From contig JAPDFW010000044.1 of assembly GCA_028826165.1 (NCBI GenBank), forward strand, positions 434,001 to 498,000: a stretch of DNA of 64,000 nt. The letters run 5' to 3'. Shown piece by piece: positions 1 to 15,100 of this stretch. Within the stretch, counting starts at the first letter, position 1. Every line of letters starts with the position of its first letter. The notes under the pieces were generated by a model, which saw only the letters and a program-made list of their open reading frames with translations, ran no database searches and was not told where the DNA came from. The translations under genes were made by a program, and so were the position numbers. Origin of the DNA: Anaeramoeba ignava BMAN (Eukaryota; Protista; Anaeramoebae).

Positions 1-900
1 ATTGAAATATTTTATTAAATTTAAATATTTTATTGAATTTAAATATTTTATTGAATTGAAATATTTTATTGGAATATTTTATTAAATTTAAATATTTTAT
101 TGGAATTTAAATATTTTATTGGATTTAAATATTTTATTAAATTTAAATATTTTATTGAATTTAAATATTTTATTGAATTTAAATATTTTATTGAATTTAA
201 ATATTTTATTAAATTTAAATATTTTATTAAATTTAAATATTTTATTAAATTTAAATATTTTATTAAATTTAAATATTTTATTGAATTTAAATATTTTATT
301 AAATTTAAATATTTTATAAAATATTTTATTGAATTGAAATATTTTATTAAATTTAAATATTTTATAAAATATTTTATTGAATTGAAATATTTTATTAAAT
401 TTAAATATTTTATTAAATTTAAATATTTTATTAAATTTAAATATTTTATTAAATTTAAATATTTTATTAAATTTAAAATATTTTATTAAATTTAAATATT
501 TTTATTGAATTTAAATATTTTATTAAATTTAAATATTTTATTAAATTTAAATATTATATTTAATTGAAATATTTTATTAAATTTAAATATTTTATTAAAT
601 TTAAATATTTTATTGGATTTAAATATTTTATTGAATTTAAATATTTTATTGAATTTAAATATTTTATTTGGAATTAAAATATTTTATTAAATTTAAATAT
701 TTTATTAAATTTAAATATTTTATTAAATTTAAATATTTTATTGAATTTAAATATTTTATTTGAATTTAAATATTTTATTAAATTTAAATATTTTATTAAA
801 TTTAAATATTTTATTGAATTTAAATATTTTATTAAATTGAATTAAATTATTTGAATTAAATTATTTGAATTAAATTATTTGAATTAAAATATTTTATGGA
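1..900. repeat. 18-bp AT-rich tandem minisatellite (aaatattttatt(a/g)aattt) inside a PCID2 intron
   Basis: Unit repeats from the window edge to ~900, just past the minus-strand GT donor at 927. The ORFs 100..489 and 119..319 are translations of the repeat. Confidence 0.9.
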
Positions 901-927
901 ATATTTTATGGATTTGTTAAAATATAC

Positions 928-1778
928 AAGTTGATATTCTTCACTTAAAAGATGCATTCTACCAACATAATATTTATAAGTAACTTTTTCATAAATTGGA
1001 AAATTTTCAAAATTTGGAAAAGAAGAATCTTCAACAACATTAATAAAATGACCACAATTATGAAGTTTATTTGTGAAAAAATAAATTCTAAATAATTCTA
1101 ATATTATTGATAATGCTCCCCATTTTTTTGAAGTTTCTAATGAAGAATGATCATTATTTGTAATTTCCAAACATTTATTCAAAACTCTTGCTGCTTTGGA
1201 TAAAAACTCTTCATTAACTTTGTTTTGTTTATAAATCTTTTTTGTTGATAAAAAAATTTTCATTTTTGAATTTGCAGAATTATTTGTTAAATTTTTGATC
1301 AAATTAATGAATTGAAGGAACAAATCCATAATTATTTTTGATTAGAATATACATGTATTGAAAGTTTTCTTAAGTCTTTTGCCATTTGTTGTAAAACAGA
1401 AATTAACCAATTTGTTTGATCTCTTGCTAAATCAAGAAAATTATTAAGTGATTCTGAATGTGTTTGAAATTTTTGTTCTATTGATATAGATAATAAGGAT
1501 TCTAAATGAGAAATAATGATTTGAACCCAATCATTTGGGAGTAATTTAAAACAATCATCTTCAAAATTGATATTTTGCTAAAAGAAATTTTTTAATTTTT
1601 ATTTTTTATTTTTTTAAATTTTGTTTTTTGTTTTTAAAAAAAAGAAAAAAACCTCTTGAATTTCTTTTATAATTTGATTATTTTGATTTTCTTGAGAAAT
1701 TGATAATAAATGAGCTAATTCAATTCCATTTTTTTCTTGAATATTTTTTTTAATATTTAAAAGATAATTTCTAAACAT
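928..1778 (-). CDS. PCID2: PCI domain-containing protein 2 (Thp1/Csn12-like), 5' part; continues off the left edge
   Basis: ATG at 1778 (MFRNYLLNIK), intron 1652-1578, a probable second intron near 1351-1238, and a donor at 927. The peptide SKKWGALSIILELFRIYFFTNKLHNC...KVTYKYYVGR matches the PCID2 pattern SKKWG...LFKIYFKINKLHLC...VTYKYYVGR. Confidence 0.85.
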
Positions 1779-1887
1779 TTTTTTTTTAAAATGAAAAAAT
1801 GAAAAAATGAAAAATGAAAAAATAAAAAGTGGAATGAAATTAATTAATAAATTTTCATTTTTTTCTTTTCTTCATTATTTTTGGAAA

Positions 1888-3036
1888 ATGATTAATTTCG
1901 AAGATTTTAATCAAGAATATCAACCTTTAGTTATTGATAATGGATCAGGAATGATTAAAGCAGGATTTGCAGGAGATGATGCACCAAGATCAATTTTCCC
2001 ATCAATTTCAATAAAACCAAGATTTTATAATCCTTTAATAACAAATGAAAAACCGAAATTTTTAGGAGGAGATGAACCACAAATAAATAGAGAAATTATG
2101 AAAATCAATTATCCATTAGAAAATGGAATCATTTCAAATTGGGATGATATGGAAAAAATTTGGCATAATGTTTTTTATAATGAATTAAGAGTTTCTCCTG
2201 AAGAACATCCAGTTTTATTAACTCAAATCCCATTTAATCCAAATTCAAACAAAGAAAAAACAGCACAAATTATGTTTGAAACATTCAATGTTCCAGGTTT
2301 TTATATTGCAAATGATTTATGTTTATCAATTTTTTTATCAGGAAAAGAAACTGGAATTGTTATTGATTTGGGTGATAGTATTTCTCATTCTGGAGTTGTT
2401 TATCAACTTAATATTCTGCCTCATTCTGTTCAAAGAATTAATTTTGGAGGAAAACATTTAACTGAATATTTGACTAAAATTGTGAATGAAAAGGGTTTTT
2501 CTTTCACTTCAAAATTATCTGATGTTGAAATTATTAAAGATTTAAAAGAGAAATTTTGTTATGTTGCTTTGGATTTTGAAGAGGAAATGGTTTTGGAAAA
2601 ACAAAATATTGAGAAAATACAAAAAAATTATGAATTACTTGATGGGAAATTTATTCAAGTTTCAAATGAAAGATTTAAAATTCCTGAAATTTTATTTAAT
2701 CCAAATTTATTAGGTTTAGAAACTTATGGAATTCATAATTCAATTTATAAATCAATTATGAGTTGTGATTTAGAACTTCATGATTCTCTTTTTGATAATA
2801 TTGTATTATCTGGAGGTTCATCAATGTTTCCAGGAATTGAAGAAAGATTACAAAAAGAATTTTCTTTTCTTGTAAAAAATCAAAATTTTCAAATTGTTTC
2901 TCCTTCTGAAAGAAAATATTCTGTTTGGATTGGTGGTTCAATTTTAGCATCTCTTTCAACTTTTCGAAATTCTTGGATTTTAAAAGAAGAATATGAAGAA
3001 AATGGAATTAAAATTATTTATCAAAAATTGAATTGA
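1888..3036 (+). CDS. Divergent actin / actin-like protein (~382 aa, intronless)
   Basis: LVIDNGSGMIKAGFAGDDAPR, NWDDMEKIWH, PEEHPVLLT, VLSGGSSMFPG, ERKYSVWIGGSILASL. The ATG at 1888 gives an actin-sized product; the upstream ATG at 1807 lies in AT-rich intergenic sequence. Confidence 0.9.
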   Translation: MINFEDFNQEYQPLVIDNGSGMIKAGFAGDDAPRSIFPSISIKPRFYNPLITNEKPKFLGGDEPQINREIMKINYPLENGIISNWDDMEKIWHNVFYNELRVSPEEHPVLLTQIPFNPNSNKEKTAQIMFETFNVPGFYIANDLCLSIFLSGKETGIVIDLGDSISHSGVVYQLNILPHSVQRINFGGKHLTEYLTKIVNEKGFSFTSKLSDVEIIKDLKEKFCYVALDFEEEMVLEKQNIEKIQKNYELLDGKFIQVSNERFKIPEILFNPNLLGLETYGIHNSIYKSIMSCDLELHDSLFDNIVLSGGSSMFPGIEERLQKEFSFLVKNQNFQIVSPSERKYSVWIGGSILASLSTFRNSWILKEEYEENGIKIIYQKLN

Positions 3037-3142
3037 AAAAAAAAAGAGAAAAAAAATATTTTTTTTTTGTTTTGAGAACTTTTTTTTTTGATTAGTTCAA
3101 ATTAAAAAAAAGTTTGTTTTGTTTTTTTTTGAAATGAATTCC

Positions 3143-5876
3143 TTATTTTTTTTTAATTGGAGAAGGAAATTGAACATTTTTTGAATTTTGTTTTGTAATT
3201 GTTGGTTTTTGATTAGAATATCTTGGTTCTTTTTGGATAATTCTTGAAGGAATTTTTTTGATTTGGGAATTTCTTGATTGTGGATTTCTTGAAGGAGAAG
3301 TTTTTGAAGGAGAAGTTTTTGAAGGAGAAGTTTTTGAAGGAGAATTTGTTGAATTATTTCTTTGAAGTGAAGTTCTTGAAGGAACTTTTCTAATAGGTGA
3401 ACCTCTTGAAGGAACTTTTCTAATTGGAGAAATTCTTGATGGAGAACTTCTTGATGGAGAACTAATTCTATTTTGTAATTCTCTTTTTTCAATTTCCAAA
3501 TTATTAATTTCTTGTTTCAATAAATTTGATTCATTTTCAAGTTCATTATATTCTTTTGTAAGAGATCGATTTTCACTTGATAAAATTTGAGTTTTTTCAC
3601 GAATAACTGAATCTGGATTTTCCAAAATATTACTAACAGTTTTTTCATAACCTTTGTAAACATTTTTATTGGTTTTTGATTGAGGATCTTGATTAATATT
3701 ATTCAAAATTTTTTTGAGTTTTTCATTTTCAGTTTCAAGTTTTGTAATTTTTCCAAGAAGATAAACATCTTCTCTATTAGCACCACCTGATAAAACTCTT
3801 TTAATTTTTCCTTCTTGTTCTTGAGGTTCTGGTTCTGATTTTTGTGTTTGTTTTTCTTGAATTTCCTTTTCGATATTTTCTAATAATTTTTCAAGATTTT
3901 GAATTTCTTTAATTTGATTTTCTTGTTGTTCTTTTTCTGTTTTTTGAAGTTTTTGAATTTCATCTGCTTTTGATTCAAGTGTTTTTGTGCTTTCATTAAT
4001 TTGAGAAAGGATTTTTTCTTCAATTTCAATTGTTTTTTCTTCTTTTTCTAAATTTGATAATTTTTCTAATAATTTTTCATTTTCTTGAGGTTTTGATGAT
4101 AAATTGTTTTGAATTTTTTGAATTTCTTGATTAAATTTAATATTTTCTTCTTGGAATTTTTTGATTTGTTCTCTTAATTCATTTTCATTTTGAGGAAGTG
4201 AAGGATCAAGTTTAATATTTTGAACTAGTGGAACATTTTCAATTTGAATTTGATTTTCATTAATTTCAATTTGATTTTCATTATTTTCAATTTGAATTTG
4301 ATTTTCATTAATTTGATTTTCAATTTTATTTTCAATAATTTCAATATAAGTTGATGGAAATAATCCTTGTTTTTGATTATAAGAAACAATCCACCATCCA
4401 TTTTCTTTTTGTTCAATAATTTCAATTTTTGAATCTTTTTCAATACTAATTTCATCAGGAGCTTGAGCAACATAATTTTCAATTACTAATCCAAATAAAT
4501 TTGAATCTGATTTTTTTTGTTCTGAAATATTTTCCAAAATAATTTCTTGTAAAAATTGAATTTTATTAGAAGGAAATAAAGCAGATTTTCCTTTAAATTG
4601 AATCATCCAAAAATCATTTTGAGGTTTTTCTAAAATAATAACAAAATTTCCTGAAGGAATAGATAACTAATAAAATGAATAAAATATAGATAAAATTTTT
4701 TTTCAATTTTCTTTTTTTTTCAAATTAATTTTCCAATTTTTGGAATTATTACTTCATTATCTTTTTTTGAATAATAATCATTAGTAGTTATTCCAAGTTC
4801 AATTTTTTGTTTATTCATAATTTGGGGTGTAATTTGTTCAATAAAACTTGAAGGAACAGTTCCAATTTTTCCTTGATTGTTTTTAACTAAAATATTTTCA
4901 TCATCTTCATCTTTAATTTTTACAAAAGATTCTCCTAGAAACATTGATAAAGTATTTTCATCATGTGATTCCCAAGTATTAATTGCAAAAAATTTAATTT
5001 CTTGATTTTCTTGATTTTCTTGAATAATTTCTATATAATCAGTTGGAACAAAACCTTCCTTACCTTTTTTATAAATAAATTTTTAATTTTAATTTTATAA
5101 ATGAATTTTAATTTTAATTTTAATTTTAATTTTAATTTTAATTTTAATTTTAATTTTTAATTTTAATTTTAATTTTAATTTTAATTTCATAAATGAATTT
5201 TTAAATGAATTTTTCAACCTGCTGAATTAATTGCTCTTGTCCAACCATAAGAATCTTCATCAACAATAGATAAAATTTCATTTTCTTTAATAGATAAATA
5301 ATCCACTTGATCAGAATTATAATCAAACAAACATTTAGCTTTTTTGAAATTTATAACATTTTCAAAATCCTGAATAGGACTTACATAATCAGGATCAGTT
5401 AATAAATAAATCTTATCCAAATTCAATTGAAATTTAATAGAATCAAAAGGATTTTGAGGGGTAATATTGATAATATTTAAAGGAATAGCTCCTTGTAAAG
5501 AATTATGAGTTGAAATCAATTTAACTTTTGCCCATTGATTTTCTACTTCAAGAATTATAACTTCATCTCCTGGTAAAACTGTTATTTGACCTGCTTCTTT
5601 TCCTTGAAATTCTTCTGTTATTTTTCCTTTATCTGAAAGTAACTCAATTAATTCATTTGATAATTTTATTGATTTTCTGTATTTTGACATGTTTTCTTTA
5701 ATTTCTTTTTTTTGTTTTGATAATTTTTCAAAATCTTCTTTTCTTGATTTTGTTGAACTTTTAAACATTTCTGTTAATTTTTCAACTCCTCCATATTGAA
5801 TTTTAAGTTTTTGTAATTCTTGTTGAAAATTTGTAATTAATTCTTTAACTTTTTGAATTTTTTGTTGATTTGACAT
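3143..5876 (-). CDS. Multi-SH3 adaptor: N-terminal HR1-like coiled coil, five SH3 domains, coiled coil, Ser/Pro/basic tail
   Basis: Exons 5876-5219, 5063-4753 and 4666-3143 join via GT-AG introns that restore SH3 motifs (GWTRAINSAG^KEGFVPTDYI; DYYSKKDNE^LSIPSG...FW...LFPSN). The last SH3 reads NGWWIVSYNQKQGLFPSTYI. Confidence 0.85.
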
Positions 5877-5919
5877 TAATTTAAAAAGAAAGAAAAAAAA
5901 TGAAAAATTTTTTTAAAAT

Positions 5920-5950
5920 ATTTTTTTTCATTTTTTTCTTTTCATTTTTG
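5920..5950 (+). promoter_or_regulatory. Candidate initiator-like TCATTTT elements upstream of SRP54 (mirror copy near 5897-5906 oriented for the SH3 gene)
   Basis: TTTTCATTTT lies on the sense strand shortly upstream of most ATGs in the window and resembles the trichomonad Inr TCA(+1)Y(T/A). Enrichment has not been tested. Confidence 0.35.
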
Positions 5951-5973
5951 CTTTTTAAATAAAATAAAATAAA

Positions 5974-8347
<2,374 letters not shown>

Positions 8348-8504
8348 TTCTTATTTTTTCTTATATTTTTTTCATTTTTTTCATTTTTCATTTTTTCATT
8401 TTTTCATTTTTTTCTTTATAATTAAAAAGAAATAAAATTTTTTATTTTACAAACATAAACACAAAAAAAACACACACAAAACTATAAAAATAAAATTAAA
8501 TAAA

Positions 8505-11500
8505 ATGGTTAAATTTACAATTGAACAAATGTAATATTTTCTTTTTTTAACAAATTTAAAATTAATATTAATATTAATATTAAAATTAAAATTAAAATTA
8601 AAATTAAAATTAAAATTAAAATTAAAATTAAAATTAAAATTAAAATTAAAATTAAAATTAAAATTAAAATTAAAATTAAAATTAAAATTAAAATTAAAAT
8701 TAAAATTAAAATTAAAATTAAAATTAAAATTAAAATTAAAATTAAAATTAAAATTAAAATTAAAATTAAAATTAAAATTTAAAATTAAAATTAAAATTAA
8801 AATTAATATTAAAATTAAAATTAAAAGCAAAATTAAAATTAAAATTAAAATTAAAATTAAAATTAAAATTAAAAATTAAAATTAAAATTAAAATTAATAT
8901 TTTTCTTTAAAATTAAAAAGAAAAATTAAAATTAAAATTAAAATTAAAATTAAAATTAAAAATTAAAAAAAAATTAAAATTAAAAATTAAAAAATAAAAA
9001 TGAAAAATAAAAATTAAAATTAAAATTAAAATTAAAATTAAAATTAAAATTAAAATTAAAATTAAAATTAAAATTAAAATTAAAATTAAAATTAAAATTA
9101 AAATTAAAATTAAAATTAAAATTAAAATTAAAATTAAAATTAAAATTAATATTAAAATTTAAAATTAAAATTAAAATTAAAATTAAAATTAAAATTAAAA
9201 TTAAAAATTAAAAATTAAAATTAAAATTAAAATTAAAATTAAAATTAAAATTAAAAATTAAAATTAAAATTAAAATTAAAATTAAAATTAAAATTAAAAT
9301 TAAAATTAAAATTAAAATTAAAATTAAAATTAAAATTAAAATTAAAATTAAAATTAAAATTAAAATTAATATTAAAATTAAAATTAAAATTAAAATTAAT
9401 ATAAAAATGTTTAGTCGTTCTTTAATGAATAAAAAACAGAATATAAGAAATATTTCTGTTATTGCACATGTTGATCATGGAAAATCAACTTTAACTGATC
9501 ATTTAATCTCTAAAGCTGGTATCATTTCAAATTTAAAAGCAGGTAAAGCAAGATATACTGATGGTAGAAAAGATGAACAAGAAAGATGTATTACAATAAA
9601 AAGTACAGCAGTTTCTTTATGTTATGATTTAGAAAATATAGATATTTCTGATAATGAAAAATCTGTAAATATATATTTTTAAAAATTTAAAATTAAAATT
9701 AAAAAATAAAAAAAAAGTTCTTGATAAATTTAATTGATTCACCTGGTCATGTTGATTTTTCTTCGGAAGTTACAGCTGCTTTAAGAATAACTGATGGAGC
9801 AGTAGTTGTAGTTGATTGTGTTGATGGAGTGTGTGTTCAAACAGAAACAGTTTTAAGACAAGCTTTATCAGAAAGAATTAAACCAATTTTAGTTTTAAAT
9901 AAATTTGATAGAATGTTTTTTGAATTAAAAATGGAACCTGAAGAAATATATCAAAAATGTGTTCAAATAATTGAGGATATAAATAGTATAATATCAACTT
10001 ATAATGATGAATTACTTGGCGATATTTTACTTGATCCTATTAAAGGAAATGTTCTTTTTGCAAGTGGTTTCAAGGTTGGGGTTTTAGTTTGGATACTTTT
10101 TCTAGGAAATATAACCAAAAATCAGATTCAGATTTAGATTGGAAAAATCTTTCAAAACATTTTTGGGGTGAAAATTATTTCGATCCAAAAACTAAAAAAT
10201 GGACTTCAGCAAATGTTAATCAATTTGGTACTTCTTTAAAAAGAGGATTTTGTCAATATATTTTGGAACCTATTCAGGAAATTATTAAAGTATTATCTCA
10301 AAAAAATCAAAAGAAAATTGATGAGTTATTAAATAAATTGAAGATTAATTTGAAAGAGGAGAAAATTGGTGATGATGATGATTTGGATAATGAAAAGGAT
10401 TTAATTAGAAAAGTTTTGAAAAATTATATTCCTGTTGCTGATCCACTTTTAGAAATGATTGTTCTTCATTTACCATCACCAGTTGAATCACAAAAATATA
10501 GAGTAGAAAATTTATATGAAGGACCATTAGATGATGAAGTAAAAAAAAAATAATAATTAGGAAAAATGAAGGAAAAATTTTAAATTTTGATTTATATATA
10601 TTTTTATATAAAAAAAAAGTGTGCAAATGCAATAAGAAATTGTGATGAAAATGGTCCTTTAATGATATACATCTCTAAAATGATTCCAACAACATCAAGT
10701 GGAAAATTTTATGCATTAGGAAGAGTTTTTTCAGGAACAGTATCAACAGGTCAAAAAGTAAGAATAATGGGACCAGATTATAAACCAGATTCAAAAAAGG
10801 ATCTTTTTGAAAAAACGATCCAAAAAACAGTTTTAATGATGGGAAGAACAGTTAGCACAATAAATGATTGTCCATCAGGAAATATCATTGGATTGTTAGG
10901 AATCGATAAGTATTTATTAAAATCAGGAACAATATCAACTCATCCTCAAGCATACAATATCAAAGTTATGAAATTTAGTGTATCACCAGTTGTTAGAGTT
11001 GCTGTCAAACCAAAAAACACTAAGGATTTAACTAAATTTGTTGAAGGATTAAACAGACTCTCAAAATCAGATCCTTGTGTTTTATGTTTCACTGAAAAAA
11101 CTGGTGAACATATTATTGCTGGAGCTGGAGAATTGCATTTGGAAATTTGTTTGAAGGATTTGGAAGAAGAATTTTGCAAATTTCCTATTATTAAATCAAA
11201 TCCAATTGTTACTTTTTGTGAAACAGTTTCAATTCAATCACCATATGAATGTCTTACAAAATCACCAAATTATCAAAATAGATTGTATGGAAAAGCAAAT
11301 GTTTTGGGTGAGGAATTGAGTAAAAAAATTGAAGAAGGAGAAATATCACCAGATATGCAAGTCAAAGAAAGAGCAAAATATTTAGTTGAAAATTTTTTAT
11401 GGAATTCAAATGAATCAAAAAAGATTTGGAGTTTTGGACCTGATCAAAAAGGTCCGAATTTGTTAGTGGATTCAACAAAAGGAATACAATATTTGAATGA

Positions 11501-12056
11501 AATCAAGGATTCAATTTGTTCAGGTTTTCAAGTTGTTACTCAAGAAGGAGTTTTAAGTGAAGAACCTTTAAGAGGAGTTTTATTCAATTTAACAGATGCA
11601 AAATTACATTCAGATTCAGTTCATAGAGGAGATGGACAAATTATTCCAGCAGCAAGAAATCTTTTTTATGGAGCTCAATTAATTGCTGAACCAAGATTAA
11701 TGGAACCTATTTATTTGGTTGAAATTCAATGTTCTCAAAATTCTATTGGTTCTGTTTATTCAATTTTGAATCTTAAAAGAGGAAAAGTTATTTCAGAAGA
11801 AATTAAACAAGGAACAACTGATTCTATTATTTCTGGTTATCTTCCTGTTATGGAATCCTTTAATTTTACTTCAGAATTAAGAAGTGCTGCAAAAGGTGAA
11901 GCTTTTCCTCAAAGTGTTTTTCATCATTGGGATTTAATTCAAATTTCTCCTTTTGAAAATGGTTCAAAAACTAATTTAATTGTTAAGGAAATAAGAAAAA
12001 GAAAAGGATTAAAAGAAGAAATTCCACAAGTTGAAAAATATCTTGATAAATTATAA
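8505..12056 (+). CDS. EEF2: Eukaryotic translation elongation factor 2 (somewhat divergent)
   Basis: Exons 8505-8530 (MVKFTIEQ), 9415-9664, 9718-10538, 10620-12056. Motifs: [68 protein letters not shown]; ends YLDKL. One missing T near 10070 restores [11 protein letters not shown]. Confidence 0.93.
8570..9400. repeat. (AAAATT)n microsatellite filling eEF2 intron 1
   Basis: Directly visible hexamer array between donor 8531 and acceptor 9414. Confidence 0.9.
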
Positions 12057-12114
12057 AATTTATCATTTTTATCAAAATTTCCAAAATAAAAAATTTTCTT
12101 TTTTTTAATTAATT

Positions 12115-15100
12115 TTAATTTTTAAATGTTGAATTATTTTTTCGGAAATCAAGTTTAATTTTTGGACAATGATATTCTTTAATTCCAATTTTTTCTAAAT
12201 TAATTTGAAAATTAATCACTTCACATAAATATTTTAAAATTTCTAAATCATGAATTGTTGGAATATCAAGTAATTTTAAAATTTCTAATTCATTTGAAAT
12301 TAATCCAAATCCATAAATTTCATCTAATTTTTCATTTGAAAATTTTGATAAAAATGATTTAAGAGCTAAACGATGATTTGAAATAGTTAATTGAAAATAA
12401 ATTGTTGCTTTGATTGTAAATTCAAAAAGTATTTGATGAATATTTGCAAGAAATAATTCTTTTCGATAAAGTTGTTTTTGACAATTAATTAATTTCCAAA
12501 TCAAATGTTTTTTAGTAATAGGATTTGCATAAAGAGGAGATATAAATTCTCTTTCTTCAAATTTCATTAATGAAATGAATGGAAGAATATTTTTTTGAAT
12601 TTCAATTTTGGATGATAATCCACAAAGTTTTAAATTTGATAATTCATTAAAAGTTAATGATTCACTTCTCCAATAATCAACTGAATAAGAATTTCCTGGA
12701 ATGAAAATTGAAAGGAATTTAAGAAGTTTTGAAACAATCATTTTGTTTTTTGAACTTGCATGAACAACAATTAATCTTCCTGTTAAAATTGCGAATAAAA
12801 CATGTTCAAAACACCATTCAATTCCTTGTAAAAGATTTTTTATTTCTCGAATTGTAACTCCTGATTGAAGAGATTGTAATTTTTTAGTTTCAAATAATTC
12901 AAGAAATCTCCAATTATTTGGATTAAATGTTGATATGAATTTTTTTTCTGGATTATTTAATATTGAATTATATTCATCTTGTCCTGATAATAAAGATGTA
13001 TCTGATCTAAATAAATTTTCTTTTTGATCTGAAATTTGTCCATCAGAAAATTCATTTGGACTAAATTGGAAAGCATCTGGATCTGAACTAGATTCTGTTG
13101 TCATTTTTATCATTTTAATTTCTTTATTTTCAATTTGATTTTGATTTTGATTTTCATTTTCAATTTCATTTTTATTTTCATTTTTATTTTCATTTTTAAT
13201 TTGATTTTGATTTTGATTTTGATTTTCATTTTGATTTTTATTTTGATTTTTTTGATTTTGATTTTCATTTTTATTTTCATTTTGATTTTCATTTTGATTT
13301 TTGATTTTGATTTTGATTTTCATTTTCATTTTCATTTTTATTTTGATTTTCATTTTCAAATTTTGATTTTCATTTTGATTTTGATTTTGATTTTGATTTT
13401 GATTTTGATTTTCATTTTCATTTTCATTTTCATTTTGATTTTGATTTTGATTTTGATTTTGATTTTCAAATTCATTTTGATTTTTGTTTTCATTTTGATT
13501 TTTATTTTGATTTTGATTTTGATTTTCATTTTCATTTTCATTTTGATTTTCATTTTGATTTTGATTTTGATTTTTGATTTTCATTTTGATTTTCATTTTG
13601 ATTTTGATTTTCATTTTCATTTTCATTTTCATTTTGATTTTGATTTTCAATTTCATTTTGATTTTCATTTTGATTTTTTGATTTTGATTTTTGATTTTCA
13701 TTTTGATTTTGATTTTTGATTTTGATTTTGATTTTGATTTTGATTTTGATTTTCATTTTGATTTTTTTGATTTTGATTTTTCATTTTGATTTTCATTTTG
13801 ATTTTGATTTTGATTTTCATTTTGATTTTGATTTCATTTTGATTTTCATTTTTATTTTCATTTTTTTGATTTTTTTCATTTTTTTTTGATTTTTTCATTT
13901 TTTTTATTTTCAAATTTTGATTTTGAGATTTTGATTTTCATTTGATTTTCATTTTTTGATTTTGATTTTGATTTTGATTTTGATTTTGATTTTGATTTTG
14001 ATTTTGATTTTCATTTTTTGATTTTGATTTTCATTTTGATTTTCATTTTTATTTTGATTTTTATTTTGATTTTGATTTTGATTTTGATTTTGATTTTTAT
14101 TTTGATTTTTATTTTGATTTTGATTTTGATTTTTATTTTGATTTTGATTTTTATTTTGATTTTGATTTTCATTTTGATTTTCAAATTCAAATTCATTTTC
14201 TTTAAATTGTGATATAAAAGAATCCATCATTTCTTTTGTTTTATCAATTGAAATTAAAGAAGATAAAGATTTAAAATATTGAACTTTTTCATTTTTAGGT
14301 TTAAAAAAAGGATTTTGAGAATTAATTTTCAAAAGTAAATTTGAATTAGGTAAATCATATTCAATTTGAGAAGAAAAAAAATTAAGAATAGGAATTCCAC
14401 CAACATATAATAAAAAAGATTGAGGAGAAATCTCTTCAGATAAATTTAAACGAAAAGCTTGTGAAATATCATTAATAAAAAACTTTGGAAATAAAGGTTT
14501 AATTTTTTGCTCCAAAACATCATCATAAATATTTTTACTACAAATATCTCTAACATGAAGTAATTTATCATCAGGAGTCATATAACGTGATATTTTAGGA
14601 ATATATGGTTTTGTAATATAACTAATAATTAATTGTAATAGTTCTTTATTTAGTGATATTTTTATTGGATGAAAATGAATCAATTTGAGATATTTTTGGA
14701 TTTGATATTTTCAAAATTTTCATAAGAATATCAGCTAATTCTTCAGAAATTGATTTCATTACATTCTTTCTAATATGTTCAATATCTGCTAAATATTCTG
14801 GAACTAAAGCAGAAAAAATTACAGAAATCTTTTTTAAATTTTGGAAAAAATTTTTTTTTGATTTGGAATTGATCAGTAAATAAAGATAACAAATAAAGAA
14901 ATCAAAAGAATAATATTACAATATTTGGATTTATTTGTCTTTGTTCGTTTGTATATATTAGGTCTTTATGCCTTAAATCCAATCTTTGAAGAAATATATG
15001 AAGATTATCAAGTTTTAAAATTGTAGTTGCTTTTGAAAAATATTTCATAAATCTTGTAAAATTTTTCATAATTTTATCATAACTATGAGATAAATAACTA

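Noticed and set aside
100-489. ORFs of KFKYFI / LNLNIL repeats, and similar NF, IL, KI ORFs at 8447, 13110-14212 and 55634
   Set aside because: They are translations of simple repeats, not genes.
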